A stretch of DNA of 64,000 nucleotides from positions 1 through 64,000 of the forward strand of contig JBBRSB010000005.1 of assembly GCA_038245785.1 (NCBI GenBank). Direction: 5' to 3'. The notes beneath the pieces were generated by a model. The model searched no databases and had not been told where the DNA came from. It saw only the letters and a list, made by a program, of their open reading frames with translations. The stretch is from Gloeobacterales cyanobacterium. Its GTDB lineage: Bacteria; Cyanobacteriota; Cyanobacteriia; Gloeobacterales; PMM-0068. Numbering within the stretch: position 1 is the stretch's first letter; every line of letters begins with the position of its first letter. Positions 19,692 through 30,765 of this stretch are shown piece after piece. A program made the position numbers and the translations under genes.

Positions 19692-21614
19692 TCAACTAGA
19701 AAAATAGAGCTTCAGCACAGTTGGGTCCAAGCTGTGAACAACTTTGATCTCTGGCAAACTTTGGCTGAGCGTTTTGCCATAGCCTTTGCGGGTCATCCGT
19801 GGATCTAAGATAGCAACCACACCCCGATCCTGACGAGAACGAATTAATCTACCAAAACCCTGTTTCAGCCGCAGGGATGCGTAGGGTAACGCGAGGGCTG
19901 TGAACCAAGCCCAGGTATCTCCACCCTGCTTGAGCTGTTCACAACGGGCATCATATACAGGGTCTCCGGGAGATTGAAACGGAATCCGGTCAATAATCAC
20001 CAAGCTGAGCTGAGGGCCATCTACGGAAACCCCTTCCCAGAAACTATTGGTGGCAAAAAGGACAGGATTGGGAGTAGAGCGAAACCATTCCAAAAGTTGG
20101 CGCTTCGGCATCTGTTTTTGATGGTGACTGGGCCAGAGAATTTTTTCGGACAACGCCTCATAGCACTGCAGCATGGCTCCCATGGAAGTAAATAAAACAA
20201 ACGCCCGTCCTTGAGAAAGATTGACCAATTTCTCTACTTCTAAAGCGACCTGTTCATTAAAGGCTGGTTGATTGGGGTCTGGTAGATGACGAGGTAAATA
20301 GAGCAGAGCCTGTTCTTTAAAGTTAAAGGGACTGCTAAATTTGAGCTCTAGAGCCTTCTGCGGTTCCAGCCCTACTTGCACCCGGAAATAAGCAAAGGGG
20401 TCACTTCCTCCAGTTGTTAAAGTGGCAGAAGTCCAGACACTGGTCGGGCTGTCCTCTGAGAAAAACCAGCTTTGTAGTTGAGAAGCCAGGTCTAAGGGCG
20501 CACTCGAAAATGCAGCTTTGGTTCCAGTCCGAGTAGATTCTGTTTGTTGCCAGCTTACCCACTGGGGAGAGGGATGCATCAGTAAGTGGAGATGCCCCAA
20601 ATAGCCTGCCAGGATGTCTGACAATCGGTCTCTACGCATCAGAGAGACGGCACTTTCTAGATTCTTTTCCTCGTCTTTCTCCTTAAGGTTGAGGCTCAGG
20701 AGATTTTTCTGGAGGGCCGTAATTTTTTGGTGAAGATGCGCTAAGTCTAATTGGTCAGGGTCCAAGCTCCGGCTACTGGGATTTTCTAACACTCTCGCGA
20801 AGACTTGATTCGCTATCTGCTCAACCGCTACTCTGGCAAGCTCTACTTGCGCAAACTGCTTACGAATCCGCTTCAACGTCCTTCTAAGACCAAAGTTGCT
20901 AAATTCCAGCGTAAGGGTTCGGGTCGCATACTCAGCAAACTGATGGGCTTCATCCACTACCAAAAAGTCATAGGGTGGCAGCAGTTGGCGGCTGGTGGCC
21001 CAATCCATAAGGAGCAGGGCATGGTTCGTCACGAGAATCTGTGTCTGGGCCAGATTGCGTCGTGACTGAAAGTAAAAACACTCGCTAAAGTGTGGGCAGC
21101 GTTCCCGCAGACAATCATCGCCATCGGAGCGCACTTCATCCCACAGTTCGGGAGAGGGTTGAACCTTGAGCTCAGACCAGTCTCCTTCTAGAGAAGTGTC
21201 TACCCAAGTTCTAAATTCTTCTGGCGTCGCTTGGGCCAGCAAATATTCATCCCAACGACGCTTAGAAAGATAGTGCCCTCGACCTTTAACTAATTGGGCC
21301 GTAAAAGGGATGCCCAAGGCTTTTTGCAGGAGAGGAATATCTTTGTAGAGATACTGTTCCTGAAGTGCGATGGTCGCTGTAGAGATAACGACCCTCTTGC
21401 CCGTGAGGACGGCAGGGACCAGAGCCGCAAAGCTTTTCCCTGTGCCCGTTCCTGCTTCTGCGACTACAGGCATTTTTTCGGCAAAGCCCCGGTGGATAGC
21501 CCGAGCCATTTCCAATTGAGCGGCCCGCACTTCGTACCCAGACAGAGCCCCAGCTATTTTGGTAAAAGCTTGATCAAGGGAGAGGAGCGGCTGGGAATGT
21601 GCAGAAGATGACAC
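19692..21614 (-). CDS. DinG/YoaA-family ATP-dependent DNA helicase (Fe-S)
   Basis: EAGTGTGKS, C...CP...C, DEAH, SATL and QGFGRLIR motifs. Confidence 0.92.
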   Translation of the reverse strand: MSSSAHSQPLLSLDQAFTKIAGALSGYEVRAAQLEMARAIHRGFAEKMPVVAEAGTGTGKSFAALVPAVLTGKRVVISTATIALQEQYLYKDIPLLQKALGIPFTAQLVKGRGHYLSKRRWDEYLLAQATPEEFRTWVDTSLEGDWSELKVQPSPELWDEVRSDGDDCLRERCPHFSECFYFQSRRNLAQTQILVTNHALLLMDWATSRQLLPPYDFLVVDEAHQFAEYATRTLTLEFSNFGLRRTLKRIRKQFAQVELARVAVEQIANQVFARVLENPSSRSLDPDQLDLAHLHQKITALQKNLLSLNLKEKDEEKNLESAVSLMRRDRLSDILAGYLGHLHLLMHPSPQWVSWQQTESTRTGTKAAFSSAPLDLASQLQSWFFSEDSPTSVWTSATLTTGGSDPFAYFRVQVGLEPQKALELKFSSPFNFKEQALLYLPRHLPDPNQPAFNEQVALEVEKLVNLSQGRAFVLFTSMGAMLQCYEALSEKILWPSHHQKQMPKRQLLEWFRSTPNPVLFATNSFWEGVSVDGPQLSLVIIDRIPFQSPGDPVYDARCEQLKQGGDTWAWFTALALPYASLRLKQGFGRLIRSRQDRGVVAILDPRMTRKGYGKTLSQSLPEIKVVHSLDPTVLKLYFSS

Positions 21615-22103
21615 AGAATCATGTAGATATCTTCATTCATGATGCTATAAATAAAGGCTAATTGCTTGTTCTTCAGTAATTCTCTGGATGTTCGATGTTA
21701 CCTTTCTAAAGAGATATGTATTTCAAGGATGAATCGTTATAAAACGTAACAAGTCAATTCTCCACTTATACGTTCCTGTCCCTCTCAAAAAAAATGGATG
21801 TATAAACCCTGAAAGCCGCTATTCTAATAGAATCTAGCTCGGCCATGTACCCTGAGATAGTAACAGTGACAAGGCCCTGACAAAGTGGCGCACAACAGGA
21901 ACTCCTTCTTGTCAGGATTAAGCCCTGATAGGAATGTAAGTCCTACGTTGACTTTGGAGAAGGGCAGTGTTATCAGAGTTAGAGGAAAACTTAAGTTGTT
22001 CTTTAATTAGAACGATTCCAAGTAGACCCCTCATGGCGTCATTCTGTGTTATCACATATGCGCCAGAAAGTTGACGTTTTTCAGTCAGGAGTCCCCACAA
22101 ATT

Positions 22104-22589
22104 ATGAGTGCTATCACCAAAGCTGTCCTGAACGCGGATGCTGAAGCCCGCTACTTGAGCCCTGGAGAATTGGATGTAATCCGTACCTATCTGCAATCTG
22201 GAGAGCGTCGTGTGCGCGTAGCCCGTGCACTGGCCGAGAATGCCCAAAAGATTGTCAGAGCAGCCGGAGATCAGCTATTCCAGAAGCGACCTGATATTGT
22301 TTCTCCCGGTGGCAATGCCTTCGGTGAAGTAAGAACTGCCAAGTGTCTACGTGATATGGATTATTTTCTTCGCATGATCGCCTATGGCGTTCTTGCTGGA
22401 GATACTGCTCCGATTGATGAAATTTGTTTGATTGGCATCAAGGAAACGTATCGTCTTCTAGAAGTCCCAGTCCCTCCTACGGTTGAAGGCATCAAGAACA
22501 TGAAGGCCCAAGCCGTAAGCATGATGTCTGGAGACGATGCCGCAGAAGCTGGCTTCTACTTCGATTACGTCATTAGCGCAATGTCTTAA
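22104..22589 (+). CDS. Second allophycocyanin alpha-like subunit (ApcA2)
   Basis: [15 protein letters not shown] and PGGNAFGEVRTAKCLRD; ATG 22104 after AGGAG. Confidence 0.9.
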   Translation: MSAITKAVLNADAEARYLSPGELDVIRTYLQSGERRVRVARALAENAQKIVRAAGDQLFQKRPDIVSPGGNAFGEVRTAKCLRDMDYFLRMIAYGVLAGDTAPIDEICLIGIKETYRLLEVPVPPTVEGIKNMKAQAVSMMSGDDAAEAGFYFDYVISAMS

Positions 22590-22651
22590 TAACATGCCGT
22601 ACATCCCTCGCGGAATGCGGTGCTAAAAAAACTACAAGGAGAACCTTCCAT

Positions 22652-23143
22652 ATGGCAATCGATGCAGTCACCCGGGTAATCAACCGAACTGATTCCCAGG
22701 GTAAATATGCTCTAGGTGCAGACCTAGATGAAATCGCAAATTTCTTTAGCGGCGGAGAAGCACGCTTAAGAGCTGCTTCTGCAATCAGTGCGAATGCTTC
22801 TGCCATTCTGCGCCAATCTGTTTCCCGCCTGTTTAGTGAGCAGCCTGACTTGCTCCGTCCAGGTGGATATAGCTATACTTCTCGTCGCTATGCCGCCTGT
22901 GTGCGTGATATGGAGTATTTCCTGCGCTACACTTCCTATGCTTTGGTGGCTGGTGACACTTCCATCCTTGATGAGCGCGTGCTAAATGGCTTGAAAGAAA
23001 CCTATACTTCTTTGGGCGTTCCTATCGCGTCTACCGTATCTGGTATCGCTGCCATGAAGAGTGTAGTCGCTGAGATGGTTGGTGGAGATGCCGCACAGCA
23101 AACCAACCGTTACTTCGACCATTTGGCTCAGGGGCTGGGCTAA
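22652..23143 (+). CDS. Second allophycocyanin beta-like subunit (ApcB2)
   Basis: QGKY, RRYAACVRD and [13 protein letters not shown]. Confidence 0.9.
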   Translation: MAIDAVTRVINRTDSQGKYALGADLDEIANFFSGGEARLRAASAISANASAILRQSVSRLFSEQPDLLRPGGYSYTSRRYAACVRDMEYFLRYTSYALVAGDTSILDERVLNGLKETYTSLGVPIASTVSGIAAMKSVVAEMVGGDAAQQTNRYFDHLAQGLG

Positions 23144-23160
23144 AACTTTCTTACCTCTTG

Positions 23161-23186
23161 GAGGGCCTTGTTAGGCCCTCTTTTTT
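23161..23186 (+). terminator. Rho-independent terminator
   Basis: GAGGGCCT-TGTT-AGGCCCTC-TTTTTT. Confidence 0.85.
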
Positions 23187-23773
23187 GTTGGCTAGTATAC
23201 GAAGGCCCAGGTCTCCCTTTTACTGCCTTCCTGGTACGCAAATCGGCTGATGTGTATGCCTTCCTTCGCTTTTATGTGGTTGTCACACGCTCATGCCCAC
23301 CAAGATTGTTTCTAGGGCCTTGTAGGCAGAGTACATATCCCAAATAGTGTCTATTGTGCTCTAAACAGTGTCGAGACTTAGGACTAAATTGATAATTCAT
23401 AGTCTTCCGAACTATTGTCAATTGGTTCCAGCCGAGTTCATTAGCCTATTGTCAGGGGCTGTCGAGAAGGTCCGAGTAGAAGGCTGGAGGAAATACCGAC
23501 CCATCCTGACAGAGTAAAGTCTAAAGCTTCTTTTAGGGCTAACAGAGGGTTATAGCCTCCATGAAATACTTACTTCGTAAGGAAACAATCTGAATGGTAT
23601 TGGAGGTTTGATGTGCGTCTTGTAGGGAAACGTACATGCTCGTTAGAGAGAATCTCACTAAATCTCTGATAACCAAATTCAAAAAATAAGACAATTTATG
23701 GTCAGCATCTCAGAAGATCTATACAGATGATTCGATTGTCACTATACTGTGATTGTCGCTTAGGTAAAAATCC

Positions 23774-24145
23774 ATGGCTCCAGTAACTGGGAAAGATTTA
23801 CTCAAAAAAGTTGAAGAACTCAAAGGTACTCCAAAGAAAGAAATGGCTCGTGCACTAGGTTTTGTATCCAAAACCAAAACGGGGCAGGAGCGGGTCAAAC
23901 TTGCTTCTTTCATGAATGCTTTGTTGGAAGCAAAGGGTGTTGGCTTTGGTGGAAGTTCTGAGCGTGATGGACGGGGTGGACGCTCTGCCTCCTATCGCAT
24001 CCAAGTTCAACAAAATGGCAACTTGTTGGTGGGTGCAGCTTATACCCGTGAGATGGGTCTAGAGCCTGGTACAGAGTTTGAGATCCAACTGGGACGCAAA
24101 CATATCAAATTGGTCAAAGTCAATGGTGGTGATGGAGACGAGTAG
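23774..24145 (+). CDS. Cyanobacterial AbrB-like transcriptional regulator (cyAbrB)
   Basis: TGKDLLKKV..F..ALLEAKG, SYRIQVQQNGNLLVGAAYT..FEIQLGRKHIKL. Confidence 0.92.
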   Translation: MAPVTGKDLLKKVEELKGTPKKEMARALGFVSKTKTGQERVKLASFMNALLEAKGVGFGGSSERDGRGGRSASYRIQVQQNGNLLVGAAYTREMGLEPGTEFEIQLGRKHIKLVKVNGGDGDE

Positions 24146-24723
24146 TTCTATAGAACGTGACAGACGGTCGCAGTATGCCAATACGGAGGACTGTGGAAAA
24201 ACCTCTAGTGCTGAACTCAACTATGTTCGAATCGACGGTGTAAAGTATGTTTGGAAGTTTGCTCCCTTGGCAAAATCACATCTGCACTAGGCTTCAATCC
24301 ATAGACAATATCTAATGCATAAGCTCTAAAGCTTGGTGGATGCTCTTTCTAAAGTCTGCTTTCTCTGGAGCTTATGTCGTTATGGATGGATATCGGTGGC
24401 GTGATCCCTTAAAAAAGGATAAATGGTCGTCTCTAAGCAGCAATAATAAGGAGTCGTTACAAATGATTCCTTCCCCCTCGTCCGTTTTTACCCTTGCCCT
24501 ACAGTCGCAGCCTATAGCGCTGTCCTATTAGGACTATATAGGGAGTGTTTAAGTATGATCCTTCATGCTCTCGGAAACATTTGGCCTTCGCACCTTTCTT
24601 GCTTCGGAATTTTGAATAGTAGAACCTATAGTCACTCACTATGCTGCTGCAAGCCTACTATCCGTCGCCAAGTTTTTTGTCCAAGAACTTATTCTTGAAC
24701 AAAAAAGTGCTGTAAAGGCCATG

Positions 24724-25311
24724 CTATAGCTTACGAATCAATCCGGTCATCACACCGCACACTTCGAGACCACTGCGAGGATGAATCGGAGGATACTTTT
24801 CGTTAGCTGGATCGAGCCAAGTTTTGCCATTTCGGTTGCGCAAATACTTAAGGGTCATTTCTCCATCAATGCGCGCCACAATAATTTGTCCATCGCGGGC
24901 TTGACTGGTAGCAGCTACTACTACAATGTCTCCTTCGTAGATGCCTGCATTGACCATTGAATCGCCCTTCACTTTTAGTAAGAAGGTTTGATGGCGGTCC
25001 TGGATCAGGTAATCATCTAAAGACATGCGTTGGTCTAAGTAATCTTCTTCTACCCCTACGGGTTCTCCTGCGGGTATGCGGGTTTCTAGAAGGGGGACAC
25101 CTAGCAGTTTGGGATGGATATAAAAGCGGGTACTTTCTGGGCGGTCTTTGGCCAAATAGCCCGTTTCTTCTAAAACTTGAATCCAGCGATAGACGGTAGT
25201 GCGATGTTGCCTAAGGTCATCCGCAAGCGTACGGATAGGAGGCAAAGGCCTATTTCCATAGGTGTCAATGAGTTGCTGTAAAAACTCTCTTTGGCGTCTG
25301 GTAATCGACAT
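24724..25311 (-). CDS. lexA: LexA-family repressor (S24 peptidase plus wHTH)
   Basis: N-terminal TRRQREFL wHTH, Ala-Gly site IPAGEP, catalytic GDSM and TLK. Confidence 0.8.
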   Translation of the reverse strand: MSITRRQREFLQQLIDTYGNRPLPPIRTLADDLRQHRTTVYRWIQVLEETGYLAKDRPESTRFYIHPKLLGVPLLETRIPAGEPVGVEEDYLDQRMSLDDYLIQDRHQTFLLKVKGDSMVNAGIYEGDIVVVAATSQARDGQIIVARIDGEMTLKYLRNRNGKTWLDPANEKYPPIHPRSGLEVCGVMTGLIRKL

Positions 25312-25336
25312 ATTAGGTTGCAGGCAAAATGATTGG

Positions 25337-25350
25337 AGTACTTATGTACA
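25337..25350. promoter_or_regulatory. Candidate LexA (SOS) box
   Basis: AGTAC-TTAT-GTACA (GTAC-N4-GTAC) 25 bp upstream of lexA, close to the cyanobacterial RGTACNNNDGTWCB consensus. Confidence 0.55.
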
Positions 25351-25489
25351 CATTGTGCCAAATCTTGTGTCATTTGTCCTCAAAAATATAAATAGCTTCT
25401 TCCTCCAATAAAAACCTTAGACATTACGACGCAGATACCGTGGCCTCGTAGGACAATTGAATTAAGAAAAGATATCTAGAAGAGTGCCC

Positions 25490-28400
25490 ATGTCCTTCCG
25501 TCCGCTGATTCGCCAAGTCCAGACTTTGCCCTTCATTCAGGAAGCGCTGGCCAAACTAACTCCCGGAGAAAATCTTCACCTGCAAGGGGCTAACCGCGTC
25601 GCCCGTGGACTGGTGGCGACTGTTTTGGCTCAAACCCAGAAAAATAGCTTATGTATAGTTTGTGGAACGTTGGAAGAAGCCGCCCGTTGGAGTGCCCAAT
25701 TGGAATTGATGGGTTGGGGGGTGGTGCATTTCTATCCCACTTCTGAAGCCTCTCCCTATGAGCCTTTTGATCCAGAAGAAGAGACCACCTGGGGACAACT
25801 TCAGGTTTTGGCAGAATTAGTCCATACCTCTGCAACGCCAAACTTAGCGATTGTCACTACGGAACGGGCCTTACAGCCTCATCTCCCGCCTAAAGACCGA
25901 TTTAGAGAATATGTCCAACAGGTAAGAGCTGGAGAAACTCTGGCGCTGGAATCCTTTATTCAGACCCTGGTCCGTTTGGGCTATGAACGGGCGAACACGG
26001 TGGAAACGGAAGGCCAGTTTGCCCGTCGCGGCGATATTGTCGATGTCTTTCCAGTCTCGGCGGAAATGCCTTTGCGGGTGGAATGGTTTGGCGATGAAGT
26101 AGAACGCATTCGTGAATTTGATCCGAATACCCAGCGTTCCTTGGACTTGGTACCCCAGCTGCGCCTCACGCCTACAAACTTTGGCAGCGTAGTCTTACCC
26201 TTGCTTCAAGACCGATTGACCGATGCTCAGGTCCAGAGCTTGCCTACTGCAATGCAGGAGGATTACCAAAATAAAATCCTGGAAGACCAAATGCCAGAGG
26301 GTGCCCGTCGCTGGCTCGGTTTTGCCTTTGACCAGGTGCATTCCCTCTTAGACTATTTGCCGGAAGATACCCTGGTCGTTTTGGATGAACCAGCGCTTTG
26401 CTATGGCCATGCCCGACGTTGGTTAGAACATTCCCAAGAGCAGTTTATAGAGGTTTTTGGTCAAGAACCTGAGCATTACCAACGGCTGCATCGCGATTGT
26501 TTTAACCAACAATCCTTAGACCTGTTGCCTGACCTTAGAAGAACGTTCTCTGTGTTGTCTTTGAGTGAAATTGCAGCAGATGCGCGTTCTTCTGGCAATT
26601 TAGCTGCCCGTCCCGTACCTTCGGTGCCCCACCAGTTTGGGTCTTTGGCTACTATGCTCAGAGACCTGCGGGACGAGGGGATGGCGGTTTGGCTCATTTC
26701 TTCCCAACCCTCCCGCACCGTCGCTCTTTTACAGGAACACGATTGCCCTGCTCAGTTTTTAACCAATCCAGAGGACTACCGAGCGGCAGAACGTCTACAG
26801 CGTGACCGTGTGGCCGTAGCCCTCAAGTCTTCGGGGCTAGCAGAACTGGAAGGATTCATTCTGCCTACGCTGCGGACGGTGGTCGTTACCGACCGTGAAT
26901 TTTTTGGCCAACATCTGCTGACGACCCCCAGCTATGTCCGTAAACGCCGTCGCGCCCAATCTAAACAAATTGATTTGGACAAGTTGCAGCCAGGAGATTT
27001 TGTCGTTCATCGCAGCCATGGCATTGGTCAATTTAAGAAGCTAGAGACAATGGCGCTCAACCGGACCAGCCGTGAATATTTGGTAATTGAATACGCCGAT
27101 GGTCTTTTGCGGGTGGCCGTGGACCAGATGGGTACGCTGTCGCGTTATCGAACTTTGGGCGAGGGAAGACCAGCGCTCTCAAAAATGAGTGGTGCTACCT
27201 GGGAAAAACAAAAGCAGAAGGTCAAAAAAGCCGTCCAGAAAATTGCCTTCGATTTACTCAAACTCTATGCCCAGAGGGCAGAACAGCGCGGGGTGGTCTT
27301 CCCGCCGGATAGTCCCTGGCAAGAAGAATTGGAATCCTCTTTTCCCTATCAAGTCACGCCTGACCAGCTAAAAGCAATTCAAGCGGTCAAACAGGATATG
27401 GAGCTGGAACGACCGATGGACCGCCTCGTCTGTGGAGATGTCGGTTTTGGCAAAACGGAAGTAGCGGTACGGGCTGCCTTTAAAGCGCTCATGGGTGGCA
27501 AGCAGTGTGCGGTCTTGGTGCCGACTACGGTCCTAGCCCAGCAGCACTACCATACGTTTAAGGAACGTTTTGCGCCCTATCCGATTCGGATTGGCCTGCT
27601 CAACCGTTTTCGTTCACCAGCGGAGCGGAAGGTACTCATGGCACAGATGCAGACCGGAGACCTGGATTTGGTGGTTGGAACCCATCAACTTTTGGGCAAG
27701 GAAGTCCAGTTTAAGGATTTGGGACTTTTGGTCATTGATGAAGAGCAGCGCTTTGGCGTAGCCCAAAAAGAGAAAATCAAGCTTTTTAAGACTAAAGTCG
27801 ATGTTTTGACGCTCAGCGCGACACCGATTCCACGCACCTTATATATGGCCCTCTCTGGGGTGCGAGAAATGAGTTTAATTACTACTCCTCCCCCTTCTCG
27901 CCGTCCGATTAAAACCCATCTTTCGCCGATGGACCTAGAAATGGTGCGGACTGCGATTGCCCAAGAATTGGACCGGGGCGGGCAGATTTTCTATGTTTTT
28001 AACCGAGTGGAAGGCATTGAAGAGGTCGCCGCTAAACTGCGAGAGATGTCTCCTTCGGCCCGCATCGTGATTGCCCACGGTCAGATGGATGAAGGGCAGT
28101 TAGAAACTACGATGTTGGCTTTTTCCCAAGGGGAAGCAGATATTCTCGTCTGCACTACGATTATTGAGTCGGGGCTGGATATTCCGAGGGTGAATACCAT
28201 CATTGTTGAGAATGCCAATCAACTGGGCCTTTCTCAGCTCTATCAATTGAGAGGTCGAGTGGGTCGCTCTGGCATTCAAGCCCATGCCTGGCTTTTCTAT
28301 AAACGCGATGAAGCCCTCACCGATCTAGCCCGTAAACGGCTACGGGCCATCCAAGAATTCACGCAGTTAGGCTCTGGCTATCAGTTGGCGATGCGGGATA

Positions 28401-28987
28401 TGGAAATTCGAGGTGTAGGAAACCTTTTGGGCTCCGAACAATCGGGTCAATTGAATACTGTGGGCTTTGACCTCTATATGGAACTGTTAGAAGAGGCTAT
28501 TCAAGAGATTCGAGGTCAGGAAATTCCAACGGTGGACGATACCCAGATTGACCTCAGCCTCACCGCCTTTATTCCCGCTGATTACATTCTGGATCTGGAT
28601 CGTAAGTTGGCAGCTTATCGTCATCTCTCCAGTTGTACCAACCGGGCAGAACTTCGGGAAACTTTGGCAGACTGGACGGATAGTTTTGGCCCGGTCCCGC
28701 CTCCTGCCCAACAGTTGGTCCGGGTGATGGAGGTGAAACTGATGGCTAAAAACCTTGGCTTCTCGCGCATCAAACCAGAAGGAGCTTCAGTTGTTCTAGA
28801 GACGGCCATGGAAGCTCCAGCCTGGGATAAACTGCAGACGAAACTGACGTCTTCTCAACGAGAAAAATGTATCTATGTGCCTGGACGGGTCGTGATCCGG
28901 GCTTTGAATGCTGAGCCAGGAAGTCAGCAGTTAGCGTTCCTCTCAGATATTTTAGAGCGGTGTAGTGCAGAACTGGTTTCGGTATAG
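25490..28987 (+). CDS. mfd: Transcription-repair coupling factor
   Basis: UvrB-like N-terminus, CarD/RID domain, [30 protein letters not shown]. Confidence 0.97.
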   Translation: MSFRPLIRQVQTLPFIQEALAKLTPGENLHLQGANRVARGLVATVLAQTQKNSLCIVCGTLEEAARWSAQLELMGWGVVHFYPTSEASPYEPFDPEEETTWGQLQVLAELVHTSATPNLAIVTTERALQPHLPPKDRFREYVQQVRAGETLALESFIQTLVRLGYERANTVETEGQFARRGDIVDVFPVSAEMPLRVEWFGDEVERIREFDPNTQRSLDLVPQLRLTPTNFGSVVLPLLQDRLTDAQVQSLPTAMQEDYQNKILEDQMPEGARRWLGFAFDQVHSLLDYLPEDTLVVLDEPALCYGHARRWLEHSQEQFIEVFGQEPEHYQRLHRDCFNQQSLDLLPDLRRTFSVLSLSEIAADARSSGNLAARPVPSVPHQFGSLATMLRDLRDEGMAVWLISSQPSRTVALLQEHDCPAQFLTNPEDYRAAERLQRDRVAVALKSSGLAELEGFILPTLRTVVVTDREFFGQHLLTTPSYVRKRRRAQSKQIDLDKLQPGDFVVHRSHGIGQFKKLETMALNRTSREYLVIEYADGLLRVAVDQMGTLSRYRTLGEGRPALSKMSGATWEKQKQKVKKAVQKIAFDLLKLYAQRAEQRGVVFPPDSPWQEELESSFPYQVTPDQLKAIQAVKQDMELERPMDRLVCGDVGFGKTEVAVRAAFKALMGGKQCAVLVPTTVLAQQHYHTFKERFAPYPIRIGLLNRFRSPAERKVLMAQMQTGDLDLVVGTHQLLGKEVQFKDLGLLVIDEEQRFGVAQKEKIKLFKTKVDVLTLSATPIPRTLYMALSGVREMSLITTPPPSRRPIKTHLSPMDLEMVRTAIAQELDRGGQIFYVFNRVEGIEEVAAKLREMSPSARIVIAHGQMDEGQLETTMLAFSQGEADILVCTTIIESGLDIPRVNTIIVENANQLGLSQLYQLRGRVGRSGIQAHAWLFYKRDEALTDLARKRLRAIQEFTQLGSGYQLAMRDMEIRGVGNLLGSEQSGQLNTVGFDLYMELLEEAIQEIRGQEIPTVDDTQIDLSLTAFIPADYILDLDRKLAAYRHLSSCTNRAELRETLADWTDSFGPVPPPAQQLVRVMEVKLMAKNLGFSRIKPEGASVVLETAMEAPAWDKLQTKLTSSQREKCIYVPGRVVIRALNAEPGSQQLAFLSDILERCSAELVSV

Positions 28988-29002
28988 GAGGAAAACCGTC
29001 GG

Positions 29003-29311
29003 ATGAGAACCTTTCAACGTGGTGATATTTTTAATGTGATTCTAGAAAAATCAGGGTACCAAAGGCTCTGCATTGTCACTCGGGTAGAGGCTACCAGTGC
29101 CGGGTTGGACGATGAAGAGCTAACAGCCCTGACGGTCTTTATTCAATATGCGCCCAAAGATGGAAAAGCAGGTTTGGGTTGGTTTATCGCTCGCCCGTTG
29201 CCAGATCAAACGAATCCAGTGCGCAGCTTGATTAAGGAAGGTAGTCGTTATATTTGGACAGGGAAAACAGCCGATCCAGAGACTGCTTGGAGTGCTGAAT
29301 TATTAGGTTAG
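29003..29311 (+). CDS. Hypothetical protein
   Basis: AGGAGG RBS, 102 aa ORF directly after mfd. Confidence 0.6.
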   Translation: MRTFQRGDIFNVILEKSGYQRLCIVTRVEATSAGLDDEELTALTVFIQYAPKDGKAGLGWFIARPLPDQTNPVRSLIKEGSRYIWTGKTADPETAWSAELLG

Positions 29312-29335
29312 GGCAACTATATCAAGTGAAGTACA

Positions 29336-29551
29336 GTGGAGTCTATTATGACAGTACAATCGTCGATGCCAAATCCATCTTTTGATCAGTACCTTCTAGG
29401 AAACCTGCGTCGAGCACGTCTGGAGATAGAAGAGTTAGGACTGCAACTTGAGGAGGTTATTGCCAAGCTTGATGAAGAGATCCGTCAGCAACAGATGAAA
29501 CGAGTACAACAGTCATCAAATATATCTGAGAATAATCCAGTTAATGGGTGA
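29336..29551 (+). CDS. Small coiled-coil hypothetical protein
   Basis: 71 aa ORF (GGAG before ATG 29348) with a heptad pattern. Confidence 0.5.
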   Translation: MESIMTVQSSMPNPSFDQYLLGNLRRARLEIEELGLQLEEVIAKLDEEIRQQQMKRVQQSSNISENNPVNG

Positions 29552-29647
29552 TTAATACGTCCTAACAATTACCTTAATCCTCATTTACTTTTCTAATTTG
29601 TCAATTTCATATCATTCAATAGGGCTCCTGTATGAATCTCGGAAGTT

Positions 29648-29758
29648 CCCGTTCGGCTAACGCTCAGGGAAGTCTAAATCTCCCGTAGCAAAGCTTCCCG
29701 GAGGGTATTCTGAGAGACCCTTGAGTGCAGAACCCCCAGAATTGGGGGGCAGGGGGGC
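29648..29758. repeat. Cluster of short REP/MITE-like cyanobacterial palindromic elements
   Basis: CCCGTTCGGCTAACGCTCAGGG, GTAGCAAAGCTTCCCGGAGGGTA and CCCCCAGAATTGGGGGGCAGGGGGGC in a convergent intergenic gap. Confidence 0.45.
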
Positions 29759-29846
29759 AAATGTCAATTCATGAAAGAAGAAGCCCCCACAGTTAGAAAG
29801 CATGAGGGCTATGTGTTTTAAAGATAGAGCTTATTGCAATCTGTGA

Positions 29847-30719
29847 CTATTTAATGCTGAGTGCAAGACGTCGCTGCATTTTGCTCAGCACATCTTGAGA
29901 GCGCCATTTCAAAAGGTTAATTTGCTCTGACAGCCGAATCTTAAAAACGCCATCATTATTGTAGTAATACAACTGCTCACTAGGCACAATGTAGCGTTCC
30001 CAATTCAGATCTGTATCAACTGATTGGTAGTGGAGAAAATTGCTTTGGTTGACTTTTCTAGCTTCTTGACGGGTTACGAGCCGTAGTTTAATTTGCTCTG
30101 GATCTCGATATTGGTAGTGACAGTTGGCAATACGGTAAGAGCCTTTCTTCAGCTTTTTAGTAGCTTTAGGTCGCAGGTATCCAATCGGGTTTTCGGCATC
30201 AGTATACTCTGGCCAAGTTGTATCAGCTTCGATTCGAAATAAGCGCTGCTCAATGTTGGTAAAGCAATAGTAATGTCGCCGCTCGGAAATAGGACGATCG
30301 CGTGAATCCAATCCTGCCTGATGTTGTTGCCAATCCAGCTCAGTGAAGTGGAAGTTGTATTGAAGTGTATTGATTTGCTGAGCACCTTCTGCTTCGGCGA
30401 TGCAAATCGCTTTGTGTGGAGATTCTGCTAGAACTTCGTCAGCATCAAGTACATAGAGCCAGTCGCCAATTTCAAAGGTATCGCGTACAGCATTGAACAC
30501 TTGACCGCGCAAACCAAAATCAAACTTAAGCACATTTTCATGGCGAAAAGGAATGATTACATCGCTGGCAACTCGTTGGACTTCCTCCCAGCTATTATCG
30601 GTACTTCCAGTATCAAAAACGTAGATTTTATGACAGAATTTGCTGGCTAATTGTAAAATTTGAGCGATCACATCTCCTTCATTTTTAACAAGGCAGATGG
30701 CATGAACACGCGTTGTCAT
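29847..30719 (-). CDS. Glycosyltransferase family 2
   Basis: ICLVKNE, DTGSTD and LDADE motifs. Confidence 0.85.
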   Translation of the reverse strand: MTTRVHAICLVKNEGDVIAQILQLASKFCHKIYVFDTGSTDNSWEEVQRVASDVIIPFRHENVLKFDFGLRGQVFNAVRDTFEIGDWLYVLDADEVLAESPHKAICIAEAEGAQQINTLQYNFHFTELDWQQHQAGLDSRDRPISERRHYYCFTNIEQRLFRIEADTTWPEYTDAENPIGYLRPKATKKLKKGSYRIANCHYQYRDPEQIKLRLVTRQEARKVNQSNFLHYQSVDTDLNWERYIVPSEQLYYYNNDGVFKIRLSEQINLLKWRSQDVLSKMQRRLALSIK

Positions 30720-30765
30720 AGAACCTCAGTAACCGCAAAGGACTCAAAAATATCCAGCAAGAACT

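Noticed and set aside
21736..21753. HLR1/RpaB-like GTTATAAA-AC-GTAACAAG upstream of apcA2
   Set aside because: Too degenerate in AT-rich DNA to call without a transcription start site.
23190..23770. Long intergenic region as an ncRNA
   Set aside because: No recognisable tRNA, tmRNA, RNase P or riboswitch motif; only a short TGTCAGG/CCTGACA inverted pair.
24078..24531. Short ORFs after cyAbrB
   Set aside because: No clear RBS or family motif; one overlaps cyAbrB.
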